Positions 12,310-24,687 of a DNA stretch of 64,000 nucleotides are shown here, in pieces. The notes below the pieces were generated by a model, which saw only the letters and a list, made by a program, of their open reading frames with translations, was not told the DNA's origin and ran no database searches. This DNA is from Eledone cirrhosa. Taxonomy: Eukaryota. Positions within the stretch are counted from its first letter, which is position 1, and the number at the start of each line of letters is the position of its first letter. Where the stretch lies: assembly GCA_964016885.1 (NCBI GenBank), contig OZ024744.1, forward strand, positions 125,178,001 to 125,242,000, in the 5' to 3' direction. Made by a program: the position numbers and the translations under genes.

Positions 12310-12921
12310 ACTGTAAAGTGGTAGTGTACAAGTCACAACAAAAGCACCCAGTCCACTCTGTAAAGTTGATGTGTTGGTGTCATAACAAAAGGCACTCAGT
12401 CCACTCTGTAAAGAGGTTGTGTAAGTGTCACAACAAAGACATCTAGTCCACACTGTAAAGTGGTCATGTAGGTGTCACAACAAAAAGTACCAGTCATTAT
12501 TGTAAAGTGGTTGTATAGGTGTCATAACAAAAAGCACCCAGTCGACACTGTAAAGTGGTTGTGTAGGTGTCAGAACCAAAAGCACCCAGTCGACACTGTA
12601 AAGTGGTTGTGTAGGTGTCAGAACCAAAAGCACCCAGTCCACCCTGTAAAGTGGTTGTGTAGGTGTCATGATAAAAAGCACCCAGTCCACACAGTAAAGT
12701 GGTCATGTAGGTGTCACTAAAAAAGCACCCAGTCTACTCTGTAAAGTGGTCATGTAGGTGTCATGACAAATAGCACCCAGTCCACCCTGTAAAGTGTTCA
12801 TGTAGGTGTCATGATGGAGAGTAACCAGTCCACAATGTAAAGTAGCCATGTAGCTGTCACAACAAAGCACCCAGTCCACACTGTAAAGTGGTCATGTAGG
12901 TGTCATTTCAAAAAGCACCCA
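12310..12921. repeat. 48-bp minisatellite, about 13 diverged copies
   Basis: CTGTAAAGTGGTTGTGTAGGTGTCA...AAAAGCACCCAGTCCACA; 16-aa periodicity in overlapping ORFs. Confidence 0.9.
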
Positions 12922-12924
12922 GGT

Positions 12925-13112
12925 CCATGGCTTGGCCTGCTAACCGACGCTATACCCAAGTCGGTCGCCATGCTTTCCAGCATAGAGTTACGTCTCTTTA
13001 TGGTCTGAGTTCAAATCACGCCGAGGTTAACTTTGCCTTTCATCCTTACGGGGTCGATAAAATAAAGCACCAGTAATGTACTGGGGTCGATTTAATCGAC
13101 TTTCCCCTCCTC
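12925..13112 (+). mobile_element. tRNA-derived SINE with Deu/Nin-like domain
   Basis: GAGTTCAAATC B-box-like motif, then TTTGCCTTTCATCCTTACGGGGTCGATAAAATAAAGCACCAGT and TGGGGTCGATTTAATCGACT. Confidence 0.75.
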
Positions 13113-13152
13113 TGCCAAATGACACACACATGCATGGTTCGGGGGAACCTAC

Positions 13153-13214
<62 letters not shown>

Positions 13215-14369
13215 GTAGGTCACTGGTTGAGTCGGTATTAACCACAGTAACTAAGGTACTCAATACATATTAGATATAGGTGTCTTTCTAATTGCTGGCC
13301 TTGTTCATAAGGTATACACAAGTATGATGTGTGTCTGTTTAACTGTACGTGTGAAAACATCGCGAAATTGCGCCTTTTAATATTTGAATATAAACAGTTA
13401 AAAAATAATTATTTTAGTAATTTTTAAATATCGATAATGTGTATATAAATATTAGAAATCAATTTAATTAGTTCAGTAACATTACTCGGAGTTAAGATAA
13501 ACCTTCATTTGAAGAAATTCGAGATTTGACCAAATAAATAGATTATGTGATCAATAAAAAAAATATGTATACGCGCTTGAACGACGGGTTGCAGACAGTC
13601 AGGCATACAGACACATATTTTAAAGCGTGCGACGTTAAAAGTCTTACTCTCTCTCTTTTTAGATAGATAGACTTAATTAAAGCAGTTTCACTCTCTCTAT
13701 ATTTCATCAGCTCCCTCTCTCTTAAATTGAAAGATTCATTAAGGCTGAAATAATCTAAACAGTAACATCATTTTTCGCCAGCTCTAGCTTGCGTCCAGAG
13801 ATATACACACACATATATATATATTTTTTTTGTTATCGAGTTGAGCTTTGCCAAGCATAGAATTCCAAATTTGACCATCTCCACTGAAAATGTTCGTGAA
13901 ATAGTCTTTAAGAAGCAATTTAATTTTTTCCAACTGAAACTGTAAGTATTTTAAAATTTATTTCAACATGGTCTTAAAAGATTGTTGGCTTTTTTTAAAT
14001 TCATAACTATTTACTATGAAATATAAATTATTAAATCCAATTTATTTGATAACCATGATTTGATTTTATAATTACCTGAATCACGTTAACATGTATGTAT
14101 ATATATACACACACACGTGTGTGTATATATATATATATATAATAATTGTTTCTACGTTACGCAGTGTATTACTGGTACTGTATTTTACGATATTAAATAT
14201 TAAATATTAACTATTAGATATTAAATATTAAATATTAGATATTAGATATTAAATATTAAATATGATATCCCTGAAATATATATAATGAAATAAATATGGT
14301 TTTATAAATGTAATTTCCATTTGTTTAATATCAAATATATATATATATATATATATGTATTTATGTATA

Positions 14370-14433
<64 letters not shown>

Positions 14434-14659
14434 GCAGACACAGACACAGAATATCGTATATATCACACACACACAATTAAGACTTGACGTGTTGCAGACA
14501 GCCAGACATACAGAGAGATATTTTAAAGCGTGCGACCTTACATTTCTTACTCTTTCTCTTATCAAAAGAGAAAGAGTAATGCTAACACTTACGTCTACTT
14601 CACGCTCTCTTGAACCGTTACAGAAATTGCATCACATCTAATTATAACTTTGTACGTTT

Positions 14660-15289
<630 letters not shown>

Positions 15290-15290
<1 letters not shown>

Positions 15291-18200
15291 ATAATAATAA
15301 TAATAATGAAATGATTGTGTACAGTGCTCAGGTGCACTACAACTCATCAAAGGTGCATGTATAGTACATAGAATAATGTACAAACATCAGTAAAATGAAC
15401 AGTGCACACATGTGTGCATGTGTATGGAAGGGGCACATCAGGTGTAGTTTTGGCGTATTTCGGGAAGCATGAGTGTCTTAAAGGATGCAGTGTCTCGGCA
15501 GCTAACAATTGACGCAGGCAGTTTGTTCCATGTTTCAGCAACTCTGAGCGTGAAAAAATGTCTGCGAAAGTCATGGGAGCTGTGCTGTTTTCTTATCTTG
15601 TAGGCATGTCCACGTGTGTTAGACACATGGAGATCAAAGAGGCGCTCAGGGTTGCAGTTGGCGAGATGGTTAAAAACTTTGTGGGTATTCACCAAGTCCA
15701 CTGCCAGATGTCGGAGCTTCAATGAATCCATGCCCAGGGAAGCAAGGCGTTCAGAGTATGGTAGGTGTCTGATGGAGGGTATGCGCTTGGTTGCACGTCT
15801 CTGAACAGCTTCCAGGAGGTCAATGTTCCGAGCAAGATAGGGGTTCCAGACTGATGATGCGAATTCCAAGTGTGGTCGCACCATAGCTGTATACAGTTTT
15901 AAATAGATGGCTGGAGAGCGGCTAACAAAGGTCTTGCTGAGTGATGCCAAGACACCCTCGGCCTTCTTGACAATCTTAGAGACATGCTTTGTCCAACGCA
16001 AATCGTTGCCGACAGTAATGCCCAGGTCACGTTCACAAGAGGACTTTTTGATGTCAGTGTTGTGGAGGGAGTATGTGGACGCTGGATTTTTCCTTCCAAA
16101 ATGCATGGTGGTACACTTGTCCACAGCCAGCTTCAGTTGCCAGTCTGTGATCCATTGCTGCATTGTGTCCAGGTCTGATTTTAGGAAAGAGTTGTAAATT
16201 TCAGGATCAGTCCTTTTGATTTCAAGGTACAGCTTGATGTCATCTGCATATTTTAGTACCGTGGCATTCTGTAAGTTGGCATCTATGTCATTAATATATG
16301 CCACAAACAAAAGAGGACCAAGAACAGATCCCTGTGGTACACCAGATGACATCTCATATGGTGAAGAATGCTGTCCTAGAACCGTGACTACTTTCCTTCG
16401 GCTGAGAATGAAGGATTTCAGCCAGTCGAAAAGATCATCCCTCACACCCATTGCAGAGAGTTTTGCCATAAGTCTTTTGTGTGGCACAGAATTAAAAGCC
16501 TTAGCAAAGTCAAGGTAAACAACATCCACCCATGAGCCGCTGTCAGTGATCCGGGTGATGTCCTCAAGGAACTCGATAAGCTGATCACAGCAGCTGGAGT
16601 TAGGGATAAATCCAAACTGTGAGGGCCGGATGAGGCTGTGAGAGCTCCAGAAGTTCCAAAGTGTTTCTCTGACACAGGATTCCATCAGTTTGGCCATACA
16701 GCTAGTAAGACTGACTGGACGATAGTTGACAGGTGACATGCGGTTGCCCTTTTTGAACAGGGGAATGACACTGGCAGTTTTCCACTGCTCCGGAGTAGCA
16801 CCATTGCTGAGACAGTATTGAAAGAAAAAAGAAAGCTGGCGCAAAAGGAAATCCCCGCCACGTTTGAGAAGCAGGTATGTCACACCATCAAGACCAGGGG
16901 AGGCATAGTTGCGCTTATTCTTAAGGTGACGTCGCAACATTGCAGGTGTAAATTCCATAGTTGTTATGGAATTTGATGTTAGAGATGGTGGAGATGGTAC
17001 ATTCTGGTTTTCAACAGTAAAAATACTTGCATAGCACTCAGCAATGAGTTCTGCGCATTCCTTGGGATCGTCAGTGATCTGGCTTGTGTGGGGATTGCGA
17101 AGAGGACCAACTGGAGAGTGAGGTCTCTGCTTTGAATGAACATATTTCCAGAACACCTTACTGTCAGGATTGGTTGCGATGCACTGTTCAAATTCAAGCA
17201 CTGCCTTCTTTGTCACTTGCTTGAGATGGTTAGAAGATTTATTCCGCTTTTTTCTGTTGGCATCTGATCTATGCAGTTTATATTCCCGTTCAGCGTTCCG
17301 ACGTTCTTTCCTGGCAAGTCGGACTGCTGAAGTTTCCCAGATTGCACTTTTGGGGTGGTTATTTTTCCGCTTCCGTGGCACTGATGCTGCACACGCTATC
17401 CATATTGAGTCCAGGATGCTCTGGAGTATAGAGTTCACATCTCCAGAGTTATACATCTCATGCCAGTTTGGGCGCTGTAGCTCAGTGCAGTACAAGTTCC
17501 AATCCGCCCTCTTCCAATCAAAGCAAGCAGATTGGAGATGGCTCTGGTTTTTGTTGCTGCCCTCAAGTGCCAGATTGGCAATGATCATAGCATGATCAGA
17601 GTCGCCTAGAGGTTCCTCAGTAGTACAACTGATAACCACTTCAGGAGTAGTGGTGAAGATCACGTCCAAAGTGTTGTCACCTCTTGTTGGAGAGGTGACT
17701 ACTTGTGACCAGTTTGAGTCCAGCACTAGTTCAAGGAAATCGTTTGCACCCTGTGGCCAACGAAAGGTTTCCCAATCGATCTCAGGATGATTGAAGTCAC
17801 CTGCAATAAACACATAAGTGGCTGTTTTCTTGGCAGCAACTCTGAGGATATCGCAAAGCTGTGTGTCCTGATGGTAGTTTGGGGGGCGATAAACAACACC
17901 AAGCAGAAGTGTTGACATGGTCATACGTATGTCACAGAAAAAAACTTCTTCCTGTGATTCGTTCAAATCAACGCAAGGAATTACCGAAAAGTTTGAACGA
18001 ACGTAGACCATCACACCACCACCACGGCGGTTAATGCGGTCCTTGCGGAAAAGGTTGTACCCAGTAATGGTGAAAACCCCATCACAGAGTAAGGAATGTG
18101 CCCATGTTTCCGTGACTGTGATGAAGTCAGGGTCGATGCTTCTGACGTAGGATTCGAACAGATGTATCTTGTTGCATAAACTGCGAGCATTTAAGGACAA

Positions 18201-18414
18201 CAATTTGTACCCTGCTCGCAGTCTATGATGGTGTGTAGAGGGTGGCAGGTTGTTCTGGTTTAGTTTCCCAGAGTTGTAGCAGTTTTTACATTGCCAGTTA
18301 TTGTGGGTAGATCACACTCAGACCAGCTGGTATCTCTCTTCCACGTTTCACCCGCCTTGACAAACCTCCAGATCTGCCCATCATCACGCAGACTGAAACT
18401 TTCATCTTGTGCTG
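15290..18414 (-). mobile_element. 5'-truncated CR1-clade LINE (possible ORF1 tail, ORF2, 3' UTR, (ATT)n tail)
   Basis: EN-RT ORF; ~130-bp 3' UTR ending in (ATT)n near 15291-15307; unique sequence ends abruptly at 18414 in the microsatellite. Confidence 0.93.
15438..18203 (-). CDS. CR1-type LINE ORF2: APE endonuclease plus reverse transcriptase (921 aa)
   Basis: EN motifs SLNARSL, VTETW, YRPP, GDFN, TLDVIF, SDH; RT motifs NYRPVSLTS, YLDFAKAF, GVPQGSVLGPLLF, YADD; CR1-type C-terminus RDLGI, RPHLEF, VQRRATK, FFTLRV..WNKLP. Start codon uncertain (called at TTG). Confidence 0.95.
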   Translation of the reverse strand: MLSLNARSLCNKIHLFESYVRSIDPDFITVTETWAHSLLCDGVFTITGYNLFRKDRINRRGGGVMVYVRSNFSVIPCVDLNESQEEVFFCDIRMTMSTLLLGVVYRPPNYHQDTQLCDILRVAAKKTATYVFIAGDFNHPEIDWETFRWPQGANDFLELVLDSNWSQVVTSPTRGDNTLDVIFTTTPEVVISCTTEEPLGDSDHAMIIANLALEGSNKNQSHLQSACFDWKRADWNLYCTELQRPNWHEMYNSGDVNSILQSILDSIWIACAASVPRKRKNNHPKSAIWETSAVRLARKERRNAEREYKLHRSDANRKKRNKSSNHLKQVTKKAVLEFEQCIATNPDSKVFWKYVHSKQRPHSPVGPLRNPHTSQITDDPKECAELIAECYASIFTVENQNVPSPPSLTSNSITTMEFTPAMLRRHLKNKRNYASPGLDGVTYLLLKRGGDFLLRQLSFFFQYCLSNGATPEQWKTASVIPLFKKGNRMSPVNYRPVSLTSCMAKLMESCVRETLWNFWSSHSLIRPSQFGFIPNSSCCDQLIEFLEDITRITDSGSWVDVVYLDFAKAFNSVPHKRLMAKLSAMGVRDDLFDWLKSFILSRRKVVTVLGQHSSPYEMSSGVPQGSVLGPLLFVAYINDIDANLQNATVLKYADDIKLYLEIKRTDPEIYNSFLKSDLDTMQQWITDWQLKLAVDKCTTMHFGRKNPASTYSLHNTDIKKSSCERDLGITVGNDLRWTKHVSKIVKKAEGVLASLSKTFVSRSPAIYLKLYTAMVRPHLEFASSVWNPYLARNIDLLEAVQRRATKRIPSIRHLPYSERLASLGMDSLKLRHLAVDLVNTHKVFNHLANCNPERLFDLHVSNTRGHAYKIRKQHSSHDFRRHFFTLRVAETWNKLPASIVSCRDTASFKTLMLPEIRQNYT

Positions 18415-18479
18415 TATATATATATATATATACACACGTGTGTGTGTATTTATGTATATATATATATATACACACACAC

Positions 18480-18523
<44 letters not shown>

Positions 18524-18638
18524 GTGTGTGTGTGTATATATATTTATATATATATACACACACGTGTGTGTATATATATATATATATATACACGTGTGTG
18601 TGTATTTATATATATATATATATACACACACACGTGTG

Positions 18639-18669
<31 letters not shown>

Positions 18670-18690
18670 GTGTGTGTATATATATATATC
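18415..18690. repeat. Compound (TA)n/CACGTG microsatellite, other flank of the CR1
   Basis: Directly visible. Confidence 0.95.
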
Positions 18691-18749
18691 TGTCTCTCTC
18701 CCTGTCTCTCACTCTCCCTCTATCCCCCCTCTCTCTCTCTGTCTCTCCC

Positions 18750-19052
18750 CCCCCCTCTCTCTCTCTCTAGTAGTAGAGAGAGACAAAGAGAGAGAGATAT
18801 AAACGTATAACCCTAACCAAACCCTAACCCAACCCTAACCCCAACCCTAACCCTAACCTAACCCTAACCCATCTCTCTCTCTCTCTCACCCCCTCTCTCT
18901 CTCTCTAGTAGTAGAGAGAGAGACAAAGAGAGAGAGAGATATAAACGTATAACCCTAACCCAACCCTAACCTCTCTCTCTCTTCTCTCTCTCTCTCTCCC
19001 CTCTCTCTCTCTATTCCCCCCTCTCTATTTCCCCCCCTCTCTCTCTAGTAGT

Positions 19053-19083
<31 letters not shown>

Positions 19084-19168
19084 TATAAACGTATAACCCT
19101 AACCCAACCCTAACCCTAACCCAACCCCAACCCTAACCCATCTCTCTCTCTCTCTCTCTCTCTCTCTT
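18750..19168. repeat. Three ~140-bp units of (CT)n-AGTAGT-(AG)n-TATAAACGTATAA-(CCCTAA)-like
   Basis: TAGTAGTAGAGAGAGAGAC...GATATAAACGTATAACCCTAACC near 18768, 18905 and 19046. Confidence 0.85.
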
Positions 19169-19309
19169 TGTTTTTAACATTGTTTTGTTTTTCTTTTCTT
19201 TTCTTATTCAGATGACAAACGGCAGAGGATACAACAGAAGAAAAGAACAAAGATAATTATTATTATTATTACTATTATTATTTGTTTTATTATAATCAAA
19301 ATATGCTGT

Positions 19310-20330
19310 TAGTTAGATCTGCATTGCGTACATTTTATATAATTTATGCCAGTTCCTTTTCTGCATATCGAACATGGCCATTTCCCTGACGGAATAGAGT
19401 TTTGTCCTCTTTCGTGACACAAAGTACAGCCAGCGGCATCATTGCGGACAGACTTAATCCCGAATTGCACTGACACACTGCCTCGCAATACGGAACACCG
19501 CACGTCTTTGATCTTCTTCCCGTCGATCAGCCTCCTTGCCATGCTAAGTACACCTGACGTCTAGCTTCTCTCTTAGCGGCGGCTTTATATTCTTCTCTAC
19601 TCCCACTAATTTTCCAAGCATTCCATGCTAGCCTTTAGTCTCCAATGGCCCGATCTACCGTGCTGTCCCACCACCATGTCACTCTCTGTCTGGTTGGAAC
19701 TCTGATCCAGCCACAAGTTTAATCAGTAGCCTGCAATAAGTTGTCACATAAGAAAATCGAGTTCTCATGTATGTCATACGACTGTGAATCGTCTTCTTTT
19801 TCGTCATACACATATTGAAGGGCTTTCCTAAATTTCTATTTTAGTGAAATCTCTTTTAGCTTCCAGACCTTTCTTTTTTCCACATCTTCCTGTATGTCTC
19901 AATCATACCTGGAGCTGTCCAACATGACCATTGAAATCCCCTGCTAGCATAACGATGTCTCCGTCCTGTCATTGTGGCTGTTTGTAAAAATTGCTTGTAA
20001 ATGAAGTCTTTCTTTTCTTTACCTAGCAGAAGCAATTAACACTAACCCAACTGTAACACTAACCCTAACACTAACTTATGCAGGCCTAGGTAAAGACAAG
20101 AAAGATAAAACAAGGAGTGATGCTTCTTGAATTTTGTGATGCAAGTGTTTTAACCATTTGCAAAACCAACTTCCACAAACCTGCCTCACTGCCGCCTAAT
20201 AACCTACAAATCAGGCAAGCACAGAAGCCGGATTTCTCGGTAGTTAGGCAGCGAGACAGACAGATGGGGTGTGAAGTACCAGGGTGTGCCCCGGGGAGGA
20301 ATGTTTCCCACAGCGTGGGTTGGTTGTTGG
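19310..20330. mobile_element. Scrambled RTE-like LINE fragments
   Basis: Minus strand GKWPCSICRKGTGINYIKCTQC; plus strand LLEFCDASVLTICKTNF (endonuclease-domain remnant). Confidence 0.65.
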
Positions 20331-20749
20331 TGATGTCTCGGTTATCTTGAGACGGAGTGAGACGTGCAGGAATACTCTCACGGAATCGCCAAATGAGGTT
20401 TATTTTTCAACATAGTCCCTGGAATGAAACAATGTGGTTATTAAGAAGAATTGAAATTAATGTAAGATTTCACAGATCTATGATCAATCCTTCACAGTCA
20501 GCTTACAAAGTTTTCAGCCAAACCTTGTGTATTTCCAACATTTCAAACCCTATCTAGGACTACATTATCTAATGTACAGTACAGTAGTTAGTATTAGTGG
20601 CTATCAGACATAGTGTATCTAAATGCAACATTTTTAACATTGTTTTTTTTTTCTTTTCTTTTCTTTTCTTATTCAGATGACAGACGGCAGAGGATACAAT
20701 AGAAGAAAAGAACAATGATAATTATTATTATTATTATTGTTGTTATTCC

Positions 20750-21141
20750 TTGAATCTCAGTCATTGATGTTGGTTAACTGGAAAGTCCGTTGGAATGAAT
20801 ATCAAGCCACTACCTGCAGCCTCAGATATTCAGGACGTATCGGAGGGTTCTTGCTGTTCCAAGCAAGCATGCCTTTTGAAGCGTTCCAAAAAGCGTGAAG
20901 GGGCCGATTTTCTTTAACCATCCCTGGAAACTTTTGGAGATGGACAAAAAACTGGAACACAATAGACCTGACCTGGTGGTTGTGGACAAAGAAAAAAGAT
21001 CGTGTCTGATTGTGGATGTGGCCTGCCCGTTCAACACGAGAGTGCAAGAGAAGGAGAGGGAGAAAATTAACCGATACCAGGACCTAAAGTGGGAGGTGAA
21101 AAGGATTTGGAACTGCCATGAAGTCAAAGTGATCCCGATTG
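20750..21141 (+). mobile_element. Fragment of an RLE-bearing non-LTR retrotransposon (R4/Dong-like) inside an (ATT)n tract
   Basis: HNRPDLVVVDKEKRSCLIVDVACPF...EREKINRYQDL...VIPI is the PD..D restriction-like endonuclease signature. Confidence 0.8.
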
Positions 21142-21182
<41 letters not shown>

Positions 21183-21189
21183 TATTATT

Positions 21190-21745
21190 TGTTTTATTAT
21201 AATCAAAATATGCTGTTAGTTAGATCTGCATTGTGTACATTTTATATAATTTATGCCAGTTCCTTTTCTACATATCGAACATGGCCATTTCCCTGACGGA
21301 ATAGAGTTTTGTCCTCTTTTCTACTCATCAACACTCATTCGTGACACAAAGTACAGCCAGCGGCATCATTGCGGACAGACTTAATCCTGATTTGCACTGA
21401 CACACTGCCTCGCAATACGGAACACCGCACGTCTTTGATCTTCTTCCCGTCGATCAGCCTCCTTGCCATGCAAAGTACACCTGACGTCTAGCTTCTCTCT
21501 TAGCGGCGGCGGCTGTATATTCTTCTCTACTCCCACTAATTTTCCAAGCATTCCATGCTAGTCTTTAGTCTCCAATGGCCCGATCTACAGTTTCTGTCTC
21601 AACTCGTCTATGCTTGGTCGTTCCCGCACATTGACATTGCACATCCAACGGAGCATGCTTGCTTCATTTCTCTCCAGCCGTCGCATGTCCTCTGCAGTTG
21701 CTGCCCGTGTCTCACTACCATGCAGCATCGCGCATCTAAACCTGG
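21190..21745 (-). mobile_element. RTE-like fragments, partly duplicating 19280-19660
   Basis: AMLHGSETRA...RRLERNEASMLRWMCNV in ORF 21585-21881. Confidence 0.7.
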
Positions 21746-21779
21746 CCCTTACCCTAACCCCAACCTCTTTGGTTTTCGT

Positions 21780-22617
21780 TTTCTCGACGGCTAGCCGCAT
21801 TTCGTGATCCGCCTTTCGATTGCGCTTCCGTCGCGGCAAAAGAATTGCCTTTCCAGACCGCCGTCGCCCGACCGGACCCATGATAGAAGACGTTCGTTAC
21901 CGTTGGAGCAACGCAAATTACTCCTCGGTTGACGCCAAAAACGAACGCCTTCCCGCCTCGCGCCGCCTTCTCCTCGCCGACCCTCGGCCTCGACGATTAG
22001 CCACTTTCCGTCACAGCAGTAGATACGCGTCCATCGTAATAGCCGTCATTTTAACGCAGGAGAAACGCCTAATTGCCCTGCACCGCGTTTGACGGCGATC
22101 TACGACGGCGACGATGCACGCACTCTTCCTTGCTGCGACGAAGGTTTCGGCTTTTCGTCGTGGACCCGGTCAGGTCATGCCGCTGACCTCGCGTTACGGC
22201 GACGCGAGAAGACGTTCGTTACCGCTGGAGCAACGCAAATTACTCCTCGGTTGACGCCAAAAACGAACGCCTCGCGCCGCCGCTTCCTCCTCGGCCTCGA
22301 CGATTAGCCGCTTTCCGTCACAGCAGTAGATACGCGTCCATCGTAATAGCCGTCATTTTAACGCAGGAGAAACGCCTTGACGACGATATACGACGGGTCG
22401 ACGACGCGCGCACTCTTTCTGCTGCGACGAAGGTTTTGGCTTTTCGTTGTGGACCCGGTCGGGTCATGCCTCTGACCTCGCGTTGCGTCGCCACCGCCGC
22501 GGCGGGCTTGGGTTTAGCCGTAGCTACCCTCGTTTTGCCAACGGCGACGCGAGAAGACGTTCGTTACCGCTGGAGCAACGCAAATTACTCCTCGGATGAG
22601 GCCAAAAACGAACGCTG
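21780..22617 (+). repeat. Upstream duplicate of the spacer subrepeat and leader (one 172-bp-type unit plus two ~310-bp leader-like units)
   Basis: Shares CGTTACCGCTGGAGCAACGCAAATTACTCCTCG and CACAGCAGTAG...CGTAATAGCCGTCATTTTAA..CAGGAGAAACGCC with 28941-30350. Confidence 0.85.
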
Positions 22618-22694
22618 AAGAGATATTGTCCATGGATATCGGGAATTTTACCCGCCCTAGATAGATAGATAGATAGGGATGTATGTATGTATGT

Positions 22695-22734
<40 letters not shown>

Positions 22735-23113
22735 GTATGTATCTTTCTCATTCTCTCTGTATGTATGTATGTATGTATATATATATAATTATATATTTAT
22801 AGACATCCTGAAAGCTTTTTAAATGTCTGAGAGATTGGCTAAATATGTTTTGCAGGTATGACCAGTAAGAGAGAGGTAAGTTATTTCAAAACAATTCTTT
22901 GACCATTATTTTAAGGTACTATCTCAGTGTATTTTTAAATTGATCTCTTGATAGGATGAAATGACCTGTATAATTTTTTTCATATTTAGATGGAATAGAA
23001 GAAAAACAAGAAAAATGAAATGAATTCAAACAGAAAATATACACCAATGCCAATGGAGGTATGATTTCAGTTTAATCTTAACCTAATGACCACTTTACAG
23101 AGTGTACTGGATA

Positions 23114-23194
<81 letters not shown>

Positions 23195-23639
23195 AGGAAG
23201 CTCCAACCGTTAAGGTTGTCTTTCCATTTATTAATATATTGTGTATTTACTCCACTAAACTGTTGAGTGCTTTATATCAGTTATAAAAAAATTTCAGCTT
23301 GTTGAATCCCAAAATAGTTGTTGAAACAGCCACAGCTCAGCCGTCGGGGTCCTGAATATTTATCATATATATATATACGTATGAGTGTGTGTGTTTTGAG
23401 AATTAATAATTATATAAACAAGTTTGTAATGAACAATTTATTTCTTATCAAAACTGTATAAACATGATATTATTTACAGTAAGAATAACAATAATAATGA
23501 TGGTTTCTAGTAAAGGTGGAAGGCCAGTAATTTGGGGGAGGGGAAAGTTGATTAAATCGAAGAGAGAAAGAAAGAAAAAACAGAACGGGAAGGAGAGGGG
23601 ATGGCAAGAGGTCCGGTGTCGCAGGAGAGAGGGGAGGGT

Positions 23640-24140
23640 GGTTGAGCTTTGAGTCTAGGGCAAGAGGGCAGAAATGCTGCGCCCCACGGATAAGACGGCA
23701 AAAATATTCTCGCGGACGATGGCCAGAGATACCCAATGCAACAACCACCCAACCTCGCGGTGTTCCCTCCTCAGATGGGCTGCTGACTCTCCGATCTTTT
23801 GGAGGAGCTCGGCAGTACAAGGTCCAAGTACTCCTGGGGTCTCGACGTTGACTGGTGCAGAGAGGAAGTGGCCGGACAATCCTCGGTATTTGTTTATTTT
23901 ACGTTCTTCTGCGAGGTGGGCTGCGATGCCGGGGTTTGTGACCGAAACGACTTGGAAACGAAGTTGTAGGCGGAGATTGTGTCGTAGCTGGTGGTGTCCC
24001 AGATGAGGGACCTACGTCCTTCGAATGGGAAGAGAGTGATTCCGTCGGGGCGCTTGCCATCTCCGGGACCTGTTGGCCCCAGTTGTGATGGGAAGCCAGC
24101 TGCGTCCAGGCTTCTTCTCAATATGTCGTTGACAACGACG
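23640..24140 (-). mobile_element. 3' fragment of a CRE-like RLE non-LTR retrotransposon
   Basis: GKRPDGITLFPFEGRRSLIWDTT and FLSAPVNVETPGVLG...VSLAIVRENIFAVL; frameshifted. Confidence 0.75.
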
Positions 24141-24429
24141 TGTATCTATTCAATAATTATTTGAATATTGAAATTTTAGGTTTAACTACCTTTTAAACCA
24201 AATACATTAAGAAAGGCATGACCAACACCACATCATTTTTATTTCTATTTTGAAAGTAGGTTTATAAGTATTAAATTTCAGTAGATTCTTATATCCTTCA
24301 TGGTGGTCTGGTGGGAGATACGAGAGATGGTGGAGGTTCTGGTCTGGGGTTCAATCCTGCTCAGGAGATACTCTAAGGGGGTTCATACTAAACTTCTTCA
24401 GTGTTTCTTATCTCTAGAGACAAATATAT

Positions 24430-24575
24430 ATACATAAGGTAATCTGGTAAAGTTGTTAGAACATCACATAGAATTCTTTGTAGTATTTTTTCCAGTTCTT
24501 CAATCTGAGTTCAACTTTACTTTTCTTCCATTCGGGGTTGATAATAACGTACCAGTCAAATACTAGGGGTTAATT
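24430..24575 (+). mobile_element. Degenerate SINE
   Basis: CTGAGTTCAACTTTACTTTTCTTCCATTCGGGGTTGATAATAACGTACCAGT. Confidence 0.6.
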
Positions 24576-24687
24576 CTTCCTCTATATCTCTTTCTCACTC
24601 TCTGTCTGTTTTATTAAGACCTGGAGAGGTGATGTACTCTACCAGGTTTTATAATGAGTGATGGGGTCATACCTGCCTGCTACACCT

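Noticed and set aside
15616-17595. Short ORFs overlapping the CR1 ORF2
   Set aside because: Antisense or alternative-frame shadows of the RT gene.
18809-19140. True telomere or chromosome end
   Set aside because: Short, degenerate, internal and repeated in each unit.
24300-24368. Possible tRNA (GGTGGTCTGGTGG...GGTTCAATCC)
   Set aside because: Only A/B-box-like words and no convincing cloverleaf; more likely a decayed SINE head.
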